Shown here piece after piece: positions 1-14,329 of a stretch of DNA of 64,000 nt. Location of the stretch: the NCBI RefSeq assembly GCF_963921235.1, contig NC_086097.1, positions 83,764,001 through 83,828,000 of the forward strand, given 5' to 3'. Source of the stretch: Mobula hypostoma. Its lineage: Eukaryota. Below the pieces are notes generated by a model that saw only the letters and a list, made by a program, of their open reading frames with translations, was not told the origin of the DNA and did no database searches. Position numbers and translations under genes: made by a program. Position 1 is the first letter of the stretch. Each line of letters starts with the position of its first letter.

Positions 1-20
1 TTTTATCCATTTCTCTTTTT

Positions 21-2333
21 AGAACATAGAATAGTACAGCACAATACAGGCCCTTCGGCCCACAATGTTGTGCTGACCCTTAAACCCTGCCTCCCATATA
101 ACCCCCCCCACCTTATATTCCTCCATATACCTGTCTAGTAGTCTCTTAAATTTCACTAGTGTATCTGCCTCCACCACTGACTCAGGGAGTGCATTCCACG
201 CACCAACCACTCTCTGAGTAAAAAACCTTCCTCTATATCCCCCTTGAACTTCTCACCCCTTACCTTAAAGCCATGTCCTCTTGTATTGAGCAGCGGTGCC
301 CTGGGGAAGAGGTGCTGGCTATCCACTCTATCTATTCCTCTTAATATCTTGTACACCTTTATCACGTCTCCTCTCATCCTCCTTCTCTCCAAAGAGTAAA
401 GCCCAAGTGTGGCCTAACCAGAGTTTTATAGAGCTGCATCATTACCTCACGACTCTTAAACTCTATCCCTCCACTTATGAAAGCTAAGTTTTCTTAACTA
501 CCCTATCTACCTGTGAGGCAACTTTCAGGGAACTGTGGACATGTACCCCCAGATCCCTCTGCTCCTCCACACTACCAAGTATCCTGCCATTTACAGATGT
601 TTGTACTTTGTACTCTGCCTTGGAATTTGTCCTTCCAAAGTGTACCACCTCACACTTCTCCGGGTTGAACTCCATCTGCCACTTCTCAGCCCACTTCTGC
701 ATCCTATCAATGTCTCTCTACAATCTTCGACAATCCTCTACACTATCCACAACACCACCAACCTTTGTGTTGTCTGCAAACTTGCCAACCCACCCTTCTA
801 CCCCCACATCCAGGTCGTTAATAAAAATCACGAAAAGTAGAGGTCCCAGAACCGATCCTTGTGGGACACCACTAGTCACAACCCTCCAATCCGAATGTAC
901 TCCCTCCACCACGACCCTCTGCTTTCTACAGGCAAGCCAATTCTGAATCCACCTGGCCAAACTTCCCTGGATCCCATGCCTTCTGACTTTCTGAATAAGC
1001 CTACCGTGTGGAACCTTGTCAAATGCCTTACTAAAATCCATGTAGATCACATCCACTGCACTACACTCATCTATATGCTTGGTCATCTCCTCAAAGAACT
1101 CGTTCAGGCTTGTTAGACATGATCTGCCCTTCGCAAAGCCATGCTGACTGTCCCTGATCGGACCATGATTCTCTAAATGCCCATAGATCCTATCCCTAAG
1201 AATCTTTTCCAACAGCTTTCCCACCACAGACTTAGGGTTCACTGGTCTATAATTACCCGGACTATCCTACTACCTTTTTTGAACAAGAGGACAACATTCG
1301 CCTCCCCCCAATCCTCCGGTACCATTCCCGTGGACAACGAGGACATGAAGATCCTAGCCAGAAGCTCAGCAATCTCTTCCTTCGCCTCATGGAGCAGCCT
1401 GGGGAATATTCCGTCAGGACCCAGAGACTTATCCGTCCTGATGTATTTTAACAACTCCAACACCTCCTCTTCTCTCAATATCAACATGCTCCAGAACATC
1501 AACCTCACTCATATTGTCCTCACCGTCATCAAGTTCCCTCTTATTGGTGAATACTGAAGAGAAGTATTCATTGAGGACCTCGCTCACTTCCACAGCCTCC
1601 AGGCACATCTTCCCACCTTTATCTCTAATCAGTACTACCTTCACTCCTGTCATCCTTTTGTTCTTCACATAACTGAAGAATGCCTTGGGGTTTTCCTTTA
1701 CCCTACTAGCCAAAGCCTTCTCATGCCCCCTTCTTGCTCTTCTCAGCCCCTTCTTGCTCCTTTCTTGCTACTCTATATTCCTCAATAGACCCATCTGATC
1801 CTTGCTTCCTAAACCTCATGTATGCTGCCTTCTTCCACCTGACTAGATTTTCCACCTCACTTGTCACCCATGGTTCCTTCACCCTACCATTCTTTATCTT
1901 CCTCACTGGGACAAATTTATCCCTAACATCCTACAAGAGATCCCTAAACATCGACCACATGTCCATAGTACATTTCCCTGCAAAAACATCATCCCAATTC
2001 ACACCCACAAGTTCTAGCCTTATAGCCTCATAATTTGCCCTTCCCCAATTAAAAAAAATTCCTGTCCTCTCTGATTCTATCCTTTTCCATGATAATGCTA
2101 AAGGCCAAGGAGCAGTGGTCATTGTCCCCCAGATGCTCACCCACTGAGAGATCTGTGACCTGACCTGGTTCGTTACCTAATACCAGATCTACTATGGCAT
2201 TCCCCCTAGTCGGCCTGTCAACATACTGTGGCAGGAATCCGTCCTGGACACACTTAACAAACTCTGCCCTATCCAAGCCCTTGGAACTAATCAGGTGCCA
2301 ATCAATATTAGGGAAGTTAAAGTAACCCATGAA
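21..2333 (-). mobile_element. CR1 LINE, 5'-truncated, frameshifted ORF2 (end of endonuclease, RT, 3' tail)
   Basis: Minus-strand ORF pieces [56 protein letters not shown]-type tail near position 21. Confidence 0.92.
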
Positions 2334-2719
2334 TCTTTGCCTCCACTTTCTCTTGTGATAGAGAATGAACGTGTAAGATACAAAATTTTTCCTGTTCCAA
2401 AATTCCTGAACTGTAGTCAGGAAAACAAATCATTTTGATCAGTTAAAGCAGGGGAAAGGCAGTCATCAATTATTTGACCTAGTGATCATTTTTGGTGGTG
2501 AATGTCATTGGAGGCTTCTTGCTTTTTGCTCAGTTGTGCTCTGGGATCATTCACTTTTATCAAGGATGGAAGCAGGATGTTGGCTAATCATCACCTGTGA
2601 AGGATGCCATCTCTGACAGTACAGTAATCTCTTGGTACAGTGGGGTGGGTGGTGTTTTGTGTTAAATTGTGAATCAGATGCATGTGCTTGCTACACTGAA
2701 GTAAGGGGGACACGTTGGA

Positions 2720-2905
2720 GACACTAAACTGCAGATTCTGAGTTCTGGAGCAAAGCAAAATGAAACAGCTGGAAGAACTCAGCAGGTCCAACTGCATTTG
2801 TGGAGGCAAAGGAATGGTCTATGTTTCAGGACTGTGGGGTCTCAACTTGAAACATTGACCTTCACAGATGATAGTTGACGTGCAGACTTCCTCCAGCTGT
2901 TGTTT
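2720..2905. mobile_element. Decayed Penelope-like pseudo-LTR fold-back
   Basis: Imperfect inverted arms (cagctggaagaactcagcagg ... cttcctccagctg) resembling the 32571-32772 element. Confidence 0.5.
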
Positions 2906-3719
2906 TTTATTGACACCTTGGAGATGTTTCCAAGGAGTATAGACACGAGTTTTACTAAGTTCACTAATCAATGCAGCAACGACAGTTGAAATATTACTGG
3001 GGGTCAGGACGTATCGCAGTGCGATGGTGTTTAAATAGACAATGTTTGAAGAACTGGTGGGGGTGGGGGGATGGTTGAGTTGGCCATTCTGAGGAGCAGA
3101 GTAAGTTTGTATGCCTTTGGGGAAGGGTGTGTTCCCTATTGGATTCCAATTGTGTACTTAGACATGAGTTTAGTGTGATGTTGTCAGGCAGATACGAGAT
3201 AAATCCTGATCCTAGGGTAAGGTGTTCTTCCATGCATCTTCCCTGGAAGAATAATTGTCCCCAGAATGGTGGGAAGCGTGCTGACTAACTAAATATAAAA
3301 TGGAAGGTATAGTGCAGGAGGTCTTGAAAGAGACTGGAGGATTGGTTGAAGGGCTGGAAAATTATACTGTATGGTCTTCTTTAATGATGCCTACATTGAA
3401 AGGTACTTGTAGCTTGTATTGTTGAAAGCTGGTACCTGTAAAGAAGGTTTTGAGTCACTGAGGCATTGTAACAGAATATGTGTGTATTCCAAGTGCTCTT
3501 TGTGTTGATAATGAAGTGAGGTGGTGGAACGTAACCTGACTTTTTTCGTGTTGTCAGTGTAACAGTATTCATTATACTGGGTTGGAATACACTGCTCTTG
3601 GAATTTGCTTGTGTGTAATCCGAAAAGCCAAACCAGTCTGGAGATACTCATCTCATAAACTCACCCAGCAGAAGACAAGCTGTATTGTGTTTGGCTGCAG
3701 GTTCCTGCAACATTCAGAG

Positions 3720-3922
3720 ACTCAGGGTCTTGGACTATATATTTTTTGTGTGACTGTGTATTTTACTGATATCTTATATGTGTTATAGTGCCTTGTGCTG
3801 TGTACGACTGCTGATACTGCATTTTGCTCCTTGGCCCCGGAGTAACACTGTTTTGTTTGGCTGTATTCATGGGTGTTCGTGTATGGTTGAATGACAATTA
3901 AAATCCAACTTGAACTTGAACT
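3720..3922 (+). mobile_element. LINE 3' UTR fragment (Rex1/L2-like) with (CTTGAA)n tail
   Basis: Ends aacttgaacttgaact; similar to 54700-54846. Confidence 0.55.
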
Positions 3923-6118
3923 TGGAAGCATTTGCAGAAAGGCAGGATGAAGACTTAAATGATTTTTTTTTAAATGGCAGATGCTGGAAATCTGAAATAA
4001 AAACAGAAAATTCTGGAAACAGCACATCAGTTAGCATCTGTGGAAAGAGAAAGTATTACCGTTTCAGATCTCGGAAACAGAAGGAAGTTGTTGACTCTGG
4101 CTGATATCTTACTGAATCCACTGTATCAGAATCCTACTTAACTCACTCCGCTTAAAATATAGATTAAAGCATGCAAATACATCTCAGAAATGTATAACAG
4201 AGTGCCTTGAATCAATTATTTACAAATTGTCTCTCTCTCTCTTTGACATGTTGTGGCATTTGGTGTTTTGGTGTAATGAGCAAAAGCACGGTCTGTACAC
4301 AAATTTCAAAGGAGGAACCATCAGAATGGTTGGTATGAAATTGTTCCTTCCTTTCCTCTCTTCCTTTTTAATAGCTAGATTATAAATGATTGAAGTCTTT
4401 GCTGTGTGGGTCTAATTTGTTTTCAACATGCCAGTCTCTGAATTACAGTACCTGCTGATCCCTTGTTGGTTTGCGAAGTGTTTTGTGCTCTTAGATAAAA
4501 GGGAATCCAATCATTGTAGGTTGCTTAGTGCCAATGGTTCAGTCGTTCCAGATGTGCTTGGTTATTCCCAGAATCTGGAAGGTGGGTCATTTTATTTCCA
4601 CATATTTCATTGCCACATATTCTAATTGATATTTCTTAGTGGGCGAGGACTGTGCAAATGTGCTTTTGTTTTGCCTAGAGCAAAGTGTGAAAAGTGTGAA
4701 TTTGTTCATTGTTATTTTGCAACTTGCTGGAACTTGTTCCTGGGCTGCGGATGCTCGTTATCTAGCACCCTGCAGTAGGGTGCAGATTGAAATAAAGCAT
4801 TGCCTTGATGTAATGATCTACACTTCTCAGCCAGACCTTCCCAACTCCTGCCTTTCCAAAGGCACTGCTCCGTGTTAAAACTGCTGATCCCCAGTCACTG
4901 ACTGCTTCCAGATAACTTGATTCAACTGGTCTGTTTTTCAGGTGCAAACTTGCAGTCTGTTCTTCAGGAAGGCAGCCAAGCAACCATTCTGAGAGGAACT
5001 TGATGTACTGCAAACCATATCCGACCTCCATCTGTGTCCAATTAGCTCATCTCTGCTTAGACACTGTTAAGGAATACTGTACCCAGTCAGTGTGCATGCA
5101 AAATCCTTCCTGGTTTTCCTCTTTTCTTAATCCCACAGTTCCAGTGGGATAGTGCATTTGAGCAACTTGTCCAAAAAAAAAAGTGGGGCCTACTGCAGTG
5201 TATTTTCATAAGCTCTTTGTTATCACAGCAGTTTTATTATCACTCTTGCCTTGGGGCACACACCAAAGTGTTTGTGGCTCAACAGAATAGATACTTTATG
5301 GTTGGCATTGTCTCAGTAGGCCAAAAGGCCTGTTTCTGTGGTGTATGACTTTGATTCTGAAAGTCAAAGGTTTTGGGTGATTGACAAATGAGGGGAAAGT
5401 GAAAACAAAGATGGGTGACTTGTTGTACGTAGTCTAAAAAGACACAGCAAAGCTGCAGCACCTGCTACTGTAGAAACCCATTATTAAACAAATGTTTTTT
5501 CCATCTTGCCTCATTTTGAAGTCAGTGATCCTTAATCTTAATCTTAAAGAGAGGAGATCCCTAGATGCGCTGACTCACACCCAAGGGAAGTCACTGTGTT
5601 AACATGGGAAAGAAACGCTACGTTCTGCCTTCTGTTTCCTTTCTACTACCTCAACATGTGTGGATTGATCTGCCTGGAGGGCACGCAAACAGAATCGTTC
5701 ACAGATGCATAAGATATACAAATTCTGGTTTCCTTCTTCTAAATATATTTTGATCAGAACATGTATGATTAAACAATGAGGGACATTGCATTGTTGTCAC
5801 AGCACCAAGCATATCATTACAATAACTGACAATATTTACAGTATGTCAACAGTGCATCAATTTTTCGTTCCCAACCATGACATCAGTGATGGGTTTTATA
5901 GTTTATTTATAGAGGGCCCAGCCTTCAGTATACAGTGATGGGAGTTGGCTGTACTGAATATCAGTGCATCCTTCAACTTGTGGTGCTGCATCTTAGAATG
6001 CACTGGCCTGCAATTCCTCATCAGGGGAAATCATTGCCACAGAAGACCAGCAGGCATCAGGTGGATCAAAGCCTTTTACTGAGATGATGACCTTCCAGTA
6101 GCAATTTGATGTTGGACT

Positions 6119-6152
<34 letters not shown>
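6119..6152. repeat. (TG)n microsatellite
   Basis: Directly visible. Confidence 0.95.
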
Positions 6153-7019
6153 CCGTCCGTCCGTCTGTCCCTGGGAACAGTTGGTAGAGCACAGAGTCAA
6201 GTATTATGCAACTGCTTGGGTAAACCTTGATAAGGACCACTAAATCAGAATTAGGTTTATTATGATTGACATACAGTATGCTGTGAAATTTGCTGTTTTG
6301 TGGCAGCAGTACAATGAAAGACACAAAAAATTAAGTTGCAATCAATCAATCAATAACTAACTAACTAAGTAAAATGTGCATAAGAGGAAAAGTGAGGTAT
6401 TTTCATGGACTATTCACAAATCTGATGGCAGAGGGGAAGAAACTGTCCTTAAAATGTTCAATACGGGTCTTAAGACTCTTGTACCTCCTCGCTAATGAGA
6501 TTGGCAAATATACAGATGCATCCATTTCCAGGCCTTCTTGGCAGACACATTCTCAAAAGAGATGGGCAATGATATCATTGATACCTGCACCGTCATGTGG
6601 AGAATGTAGGATGATCAAGGTTCAGGCTGTGCGTGAAGGAACTGACTTGCCAATTTCTCCCCATCACTATCCATCTAAGGTCTCAGTGCTTGCTTTATAA
6701 GGCACTCTGCCAAGTGCTTTTGACAGTCTGTTTGCAAACCTCTCAGTGGGAACCATTGTTTCCTTTTCCTGGCACTGAGGTTGCTCCATGCAAACCAACT
6801 TGTGATCCAAGATGTTTTCATGCACATAGTTTTCTGTGAGGGTCAAGCAACATGGCGTAGTTGAAATGAGTGGAAAATTCTATGGCAGTTTGACCAAGCT
6901 CATCCTTTGCAACACCAAAAGCAGGGAGAATCTCAGCAGGTAGTGACTTCGGTTACATCTGCACAAGTTGCTGCAGCAGCACATAAAGATGACCATCAGG
7001 AAAAGGGTACACATACAGT

Positions 7020-8147
7020 AGAGTCATAGAGAAGTATAGTGCAGAAACAGGCCCTTCAGCCCATCTAGTCCATTTAATCTGTCTACTCCCAATGACCTGC
7101 ACCGGGACCATAACCCTCCACGCCCTTACCATCTATAAACCTGTGCAAACTTCTCTTAAACATTGAAATCGAGCTCACATGCACCACTTGTGCTGGCAGC
7201 TCATTCCACACTCTCTGAGTGAAGAAGCTTCCCCTCATGTTCCCCTTAACCCATGACCTCTAGTTGTAGTACCACCTAACTTCAGTGGATAAGTCGGCTT
7301 ACATTATTTATACCCCTCAATTTTGTATACCTCTATCAATTCTCCTTACAATCTTCTACATTTTAAGGAATATTCAATCTTTTCTTATAACTCAGGTCCT
7401 CCAGACCCGGCAACATCCTTGTAAATTTTCTCTGTAATCTTTCAACCTTGTTTACATCTTTCCTGTGAGTAGGTGACCAAAACTGCACACAATACTCCAA
7501 ATTAGGTCTCACCAACATCTTATACAACTTCAACATAACATCCCATCTCCTCTATTCAATACTTCAATTTATGAAGGCCAATGTGCCAAGAGCTTTCGTT
7601 ACGACCCTATCTACCTGTGACGCCACTTTCAATGAATTACAAACCTGTATTCCCAGATCCCTGTGTTCTACTGCATTCCTCAGTGCTCTACTCTTCACTG
7701 TGTTGGTTGGCCCTACCAAACTGCAAAATCTTGCTCTTGTCTGCATTAAATTCCACCTGCCATTTTTCAGTCCATTTCTCCATCTGATGCAGATCCCTCT
7801 GCAAGCCATGATGACCTTCCTCGCTGTACACTACACCCCCAATCTTGCTGTTATCCACAAATTGCAGTTGACCACATGATCTTCCAGATCATTGATATAG
7901 ATGGCAAACAACAAAGGACCCAGCACTGTGGTACACCTCTAGTCACAGGCCTCCAGTCAGAGAGGCAACCATTTACTACCACTCTCTGACTTCTCCCACT
8001 AAGCCAAAGTCTAATCCAATTAACTACCTTATCTTGAATGCCGAGCGACTGAATTTTTTTGACCAACCTCTCCTGCTGGACATTTGTCAAATGCCTTGCT
8101 GCTGAAGTCCATGTAGACAACATCCACTGCCTTGCCTTCATCCACAT
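7020..8147 (-). mobile_element. CR1 LINE 3' fragment, decayed
   Basis: Minus frames give WIRLWLSGRSQRVVVNG..GVPQ and RDLGIQV..SLKVASQVDRVV. Confidence 0.85.
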
Positions 8148-8304
8148 GTATTTTTAGCCCCTCCCCCTTGCTGGAGACCTATACATGGAACATAGAAAAG
8201 TACAGCACAGGAACAGGCCCTATAAACAATGGTGTATCTGCCAACCACGATACCAAGCTAAACTAAACTGCCAGCACATGATCAATATCCCAATTATTAC
8301 ATGT

Positions 8305-9265
8305 TAGTCATAGTCATACTTTATTAATCCTGGGGGAAATTGGTTTTCGTTACAGTTGCTCCATAAATAATAAGTAGTAATAGAACCATAAATAGTTAAA
8401 TAGTAATATGTAAATTATGCCAGTAAATTATGAAATAAGTCCAGGACCAGCCTATTGGCTCAGGATGTCTGACCCTCCAAGGGAGGAGTTGTAAAGTTTG
8501 ATGGCCACAGGCAGGAATGACCTCCTATGACGCTCTGTGCTGCATCTCGGTGGAATGAGTCTCTGGCTGAATGTACTCCTGTGCCCACCCAGTATGTTAT
8601 GTAGTGGATGGGAGACGTTGACCAAGATGGCATGCAACTTGGACTGCATCCTCTTTTCAGACACCACCGTGAGAGAGTCCAGTTCCATCCCCACAACATC
8701 ACTGGCCTTATGAATGAGTTTGTTGATTCTGTTGGTGTCTGCCACCCTCAGCCTACTGCCCCAGCAACGGCAAACATGATAGCACTGGCCACCACAGACT
8801 CGTAGAACATCCTCAGCATCGTCTGGCAGATGTTAAAGGACCTCAGTCTCCTCGGGAAATAGAGACGGCTCTGACCCTTCTTGTAGACAGCCTCAGTGTT
8901 CTTTGAGCAGTCCAGTTTATTGTCAATTCGTATCCCCAGGTACTTGTAATCCTCCACCGTGTCTACACTGACCCCCCTGGATGGAAACAGGGGTCACCAG
9001 TACCTTAGCTCTCCTCAGGTCTACCACCAGCTCCTTAGTCTTTTTCACATTAAGCTGCAGATAATTCTGCTTACGCCATGTGACAAAGTTTCCTACCGTA
9101 GCCCTATACTCAGCCTCATCTCCCTTGCTGATGCATCCAACTATGGCAGAGTCATCCGAAAACTTCTGAAGATGACAAGACTCTGTGCAGTAGTTGAAGT
9201 CCGAGGTGTAAATGGTGAAGAGAAAGGGAGACAAGACAGTCCCCTGTGGAGCCCCAGTGCTGCTG
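8305..9265 (-). mobile_element. Rex1/Babar non-LTR retrotransposon 3' part, inserted into a CR1 tail
   Basis: SPFLFTIYTSDF..KFSDDSAIVG..QLNVKKTKELVVDLRR and YKYLGIRIDNKLD; (CTATGA)n tail; near-identical to 51785-52835. Confidence 0.88.
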
Positions 9266-10919
9266 TTTATTGCCTTTCTAAGTGCGCCTTAAACTCAACT
9301 GCTGTGACTGCTTCCACCAGCACCCTTGTCACATGCTTTAGAAATACAGAACTCTTTGTTTAAAATAAACTTAGCTTACATATTTCCTTTACACCTTCCT
9401 CTGTAACTCACAACTTAAAACCAGGTCCTCCAGTATTACCTCCACATCCTTCCTGCACGCAATTCTCCAAATGCATCCGAACCAAAGTTTATACATTGCA
9501 ACAAGACTTCCTAACTCAAACACGCAATGACCGACTGAGGAAGACAAGTGCACCAGACACCACCTCTACTACCCTGTCTGTTCTACCACACTGTACAGCA
9601 CATCCCTCTTTGATCGCCACATGGATTGGAAGTCTACTCGGGTGACTACTGCAGGACAGGGTTGGGGTAGAGGCTATGCTTTCACCAGGTGTTCTGTAAC
9701 CCCAGGGTCACATTGCCCTGATCACCCAGTTCCATTTCACTTTCACTCTTGTGTTCCAGCTTTGACAGTGAAGAAAGCAAAAGGATTGGTTGAACCACAG
9801 GACAAGGCCCCATTTTACTTCCAAGTGAAACAGACCTCTGAGGCCAGTTCAAGCTGTGGACTGAGTCTGGATCTGAGCAGAAGCCAGCAACGTAATCCAT
9901 GTACAGGGAGGGCCGGACCGGAGTCCCTCTACTGCTTGGGAACATCAATCCTTCTACGTCCATCAGGATGAATTTGGCAATAGAAAGCTTAATGAAACAC
10001 AGAAACAAAACACAAGAGTGGTGCGGGGGTGGGGGGGGGGAAGTCTTGGCTGTGGAAGGCAAAAATTGTGTTTATTTCAAAAATAAACCTCATTCATGGT
10101 AAATCTATGTAGGGCATTCGTACATTCTGCCCATGACTGTGTGGGTTTCTCTCTGTGCTCCAGTTTCCTCCAACATTCCAAAGACGTGTGGTCACATGGG
10201 TGTGATTGAGCTTGTGGGTCAGAAGAGCCTGTCACTGTGCCATATCTACAAACAAAACAAACATTTGGTGGTGTTAACACCTTTTTAACAATAACATCAT
10301 TGCTACTAGTAGCCCCCTGGGATGATGCATCCTTTCATTGTTTATGGAACATTCCCACTCCATTCAGCTGCTCCATCTTTAGGGGTGGAAGGACCCCAGA
10401 CTGTGGAGAAATGCTTAATATACTGCACTCAGTGACTACTTTATTAGATGCCTCCGGTCCACCGAGGTGTATGTTTGTGGTCTTCTCTGCTACGCATGTT
10501 GGATCTGCTCCTGGCGTACTATCACAAAAATTCGACAGCAGATACCATTTCACTGACTCTCCACTCAACCCTGGAACATCTGGACAGTGAAGATGCATGC
10601 ATCAGGATGCTCTTCATTAACTACAACTCTGTCATCTCCTCAAAACTAATCAATAAGATCCAGTTCCTAGGCCTCAGTACCTCCTGGTTCAATTGGATCC
10701 TCAATTTCTTCACTCACAAACCCTTGTGAGGTTCAGATTGGCAACATCTCGTCTACAATCATCATCAGCACAGGTGCACCACAAGGCTCTGTGCTTAGCC
10801 CCTTGCTCTACTTGCTTTATTCTTGGAATGTGAGGCCAAGTACAGCTCTAAATGCCATACTTATGTTTGCTGATGACACCACTATTGTTGGCCGAATCAA
10901 AGTTGATGACAAATCAGCA

Positions 10920-11731
10920 TGTAATGCCCTGGTTAAGATTTTTGCTGCTATACTGTAGGTATTTCATTTTAGCAGTTCTGTAAGAGCAGTCTGTTCTGCT
11001 TCTGGCATGTTTGGGTTTGAGCTAAAGATAAGGGGCTATGTTGTTCAACTTAGGAAAGTTGTGTCAGCCAATCAGGGTGGTGGAATTGGGAGAAGATTTT
11101 AGAGAACACTGGGCAGAGAGGTTTTTGGTGATGGACACTGGTGTGGCTCCAGGCCTTTCTGGCGGGAGCTGGGAGAAGACAGGAGGGAAGATGGCTGAGA
11201 ATGCCACCCCTGTTGCACAAAGTAGTTTGTGCAGATGAATTTCTTCAAGGAGAAAGGACCAACACAACCATGGAGGAGCCTGTTTGTTCAAGGTGGATTT
11301 TGAGCGACATTTGGAAGGTGGTGTGTGCTTTTGTGCAGACTGTGAGTCCAGCGCATGAGTTCAAGTCAACTTCAAGATGAGCTCCAATTTGTGTGCACAT
11401 TTGGACTTGGTTAACTGTAATAGGCCCTTTTTATTTTTTTCTTTTCTTTTTCCTACTAATTGTAAAAGCTGAAATTTGTGAATATACTTTCTTTATGATT
11501 GTATGCAGTGTAAGATCTGTTATATCTTGCCACCAGGTAATTGCAGATGGGCAGCGTTTACAAAGTATTCGCTCAGATTGCGGTGCGGGTGGTCAAAACA
11601 TCCTGGCATTCCTGGTCTGGTGGGATGTAAGTCAAATCGATCGTAGACATGTGGAGTTTCTCACTGCTGAGTCCATTAGTGAGGGGCTAACCAGCCGTGT
11701 TTCTAGAGACGCCTAGTAAAAAGGGGTTTCA
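10920..11731. mobile_element. Solo LTR (Gypsy-like), 812 bp
   Basis: TGTAATGCCC...GGGGTTTCA termini; 4-bp flanks AGCA/AGCG; cleanly interrupts the LINE RT. Confidence 0.75.
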
Positions 11732-12589
11732 AGCGTTTAGGAGGGAAATTCAAAATCTTGCTGAATGGCACAAGAACAACAACCTCTCACTCAAGGGCAA
11801 CAAGACCAAGGAACTGATTATTGGCTTCAGGAGGAGGAAACCAGAGGTCCACGAGCCAGTCCTCATCAGGGAATCCCAGTTGGAGAGGGTCAGCAACTTT
11901 AAATTCCTCAGGTTTATCACTTCAGAGGATTTGTCCTGGGTCCATCCCTTAACTGCCATTATAAAGAAATCGCGACAGTGTCTTTACTTTCTTAGAAGTT
12001 TGCTAAGATTCAGCATGTCATCTAAAACTTGGACAAACTTCTATAGATGTATGGTAGAGATTATACTGATTGGTTGCATTATGCCCTGGTATGGACACAC
12101 CAATGCCCTTGAACAAAAAAGCCAACAAGTAGCAGGCGCAGCCCAGTCCATCACAAGTAAAGCCCTCCCCACCAATGAGCACGTCTAAAAGGAGCACTGA
12201 CACAGGAAAACAGCATCCATCTTCAAGGACCCCCCACAATCCAGGCAAGCTCTCTTCTCACTGCTGCCATCGGGAGGTACAGGAGCCTCAGGACTCACAC
12301 CACCAGGTTCATGAACAGTTATTACCTCTCAGCCATCAGACTCTTGAACCAAAGGGGGAAACTTCACACAACTCCACTCACCCCAATACGAAACAGATTC
12401 CACAACTCACGGACTTACTTTCAAGGACTCCTGATACGTTCTTGTTATTTATTGCTTATTTATATTCTTGATATTTATTGCTTAGTTATTCATGTTTGTT
12501 TATTAATTATGTTAAGGAGTTTTTTTGTTTTTCTTCTAGTTCCACAGCTTGTTACGTTCCGCATGTTCGTTGTTCAACTTTGTTGTATA

Positions 12590-14209
12590 CAGTGGCATGC
12601 AAAAGTTTGGGCATGCTGGTCAAAATTTCTGTTACTGTGAATAGCTAAGCGAGTAAAAGATGAACTGATTTCCAAAAAGCATAAAGTTAAAGATGACACA
12701 TTTCTTTAATATTTTAAGCAAGATTACTTTTTTATTTCCATCTTTTACAGTTTCAAAATAACAAACAAGGAAAAGGGCCTGAAGCAAAAGTTTGGGCACC
12801 CTGCTTGGTCAGTATTTAGTAACACCCTCTTTGGCAAGTATCACAGCTTGTAAACGCTTTCTGTAGCCAGCTAAGGTCTTTCAATTCTTGTTTGGGGGAT
12901 TTTTGCCCATTCTTTCCTTGCAAAAGGCTTCTAGTACTGTGAGATTCTTGGGCTGTCTTGCATGCACTGCTCTTTTGAGGTCTATCCACAGATTTTCAAT
13001 GATGTTTAGGTCGGAGGACTGTGAGGACCATGGCAAAACCTTCAGCTTGCGCCTCTTGAGGTAGTCCATTGTGGATTTTGAGGTGTGTTTAGGATCATTA
13101 TCCTGTTGTAGAAGCCATCCTCTTTTCATCTTCAGCTTTTTTACAGACGGTGTGATGTTTGCTTCCAGAATTTGCTGGTATTTAATTGAATTCATTCTTC
13201 CCTCTACCAATGAAATATTCTCTGTGCCACTGGCTGCAACAGAAGCCCAAAGCATGTTCGATTCACCCCCGTGCTTAACAGTTGGAGGGGTTCTTTTCAT
13301 GTAATTCTGCACCCTTTTTTCTCCAAACATACCTTTGCTCATTGTGGCCAAAAAGTTCTAATTTAACTTTATCAGTCCACGGGACTTGTTTCCAAAATGC
13401 ATCAGGCTTGTTTAGATGTTCCTTTGCAAACCTTTGACGCTGAATTTTGTGGTGAGGACGCAGGAAAGGTTTTCTTCTGATGACTCTTCCATGAAGGTCA
13501 TATTTATGTAGGTGTCGCTGCACAGTAGAACAGTGCACCACCACTCCAGAGTCTGCTAAATCTTCCTGAAGGTCTTTTGCAGTCAAACAGGGGTTTTGAT
13601 TTGCCTTTCTAGCAATCCTACGAGCAGTTCTCTCGGAAAGTTTTCTTGGCCTTCCAGACCTCAACTTGACCTCCACCGTTCCTGTTAATTGCCATTTCTT
13701 AATTACATTATGAACCGAGGAAACGACTACCTGAAAATGCTTTGCTATCTTCTTATAGCCTTCTCCTGCTTTATGGGCATCATTTATTTAAATTTTCAGA
13801 GTGCTAGGCAGCGGCTTAGAGGAGCCCATGGCTGTTGATTGTCGGGACAAGGTTTGAGGAGTCAGGGTATTTATAAAGCTTTGAAATTTGCATCACCTGG
13901 CCTTTCCTAACAATGATTGTGAACAAGCCATAGCCCTAACAAGCTAACTAAGGTCTGAGACCGTGTTAAAAGTTATCTGAGAGCTCAAATCTCTTGGGGT
14001 GCCCGAACTTTTGCATAGTGCTCCTTTCCTTTTTTTCACTCTAAAATTGTACAAAACAAAAATAATACACTAATCTTGCTTAAAATGTTGAAAAGAATGT
14101 TTCATCTTTAACTTTATGACTTTTGGAGATCAGTTCATCTTCTACTCACTTAACTATTCACATTAACAGAAATTTTGACCAGGGGTGCCCAAACTTTTGC
14201 ATACCACTA
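12590..14209 (-). mobile_element. Full-length Tc1 DNA transposon (DD34E, IR/DR type), about 1.62 kb
   Basis: TA flanks; ~210-bp TIRs starting CAGTGG, each with two CAAAAGTTTGGGCA-like direct repeats. Confidence 0.95.
12809..13829 (-). pseudogene. Tc1 transposase with one in-frame stop and a few frameshifts
   Basis: ATG at 13829 (MGSSKPL..GYKKIAK), GRPRK, WTD, QQDNDPKH..(34 residues)..E, C-terminus AKEGVTKY*. Confidence 0.9.
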
Positions 14210-14329
14210 TATGTTTTTTTTTTCATTGATTCCATTGTGAAAGCTGTGTATATACTGTGCACGAAATAACTCATAGTAGTATATGGTGACATATATATAC
14301 TTTAGTAATAAATTTACTTTGAACTTTGT

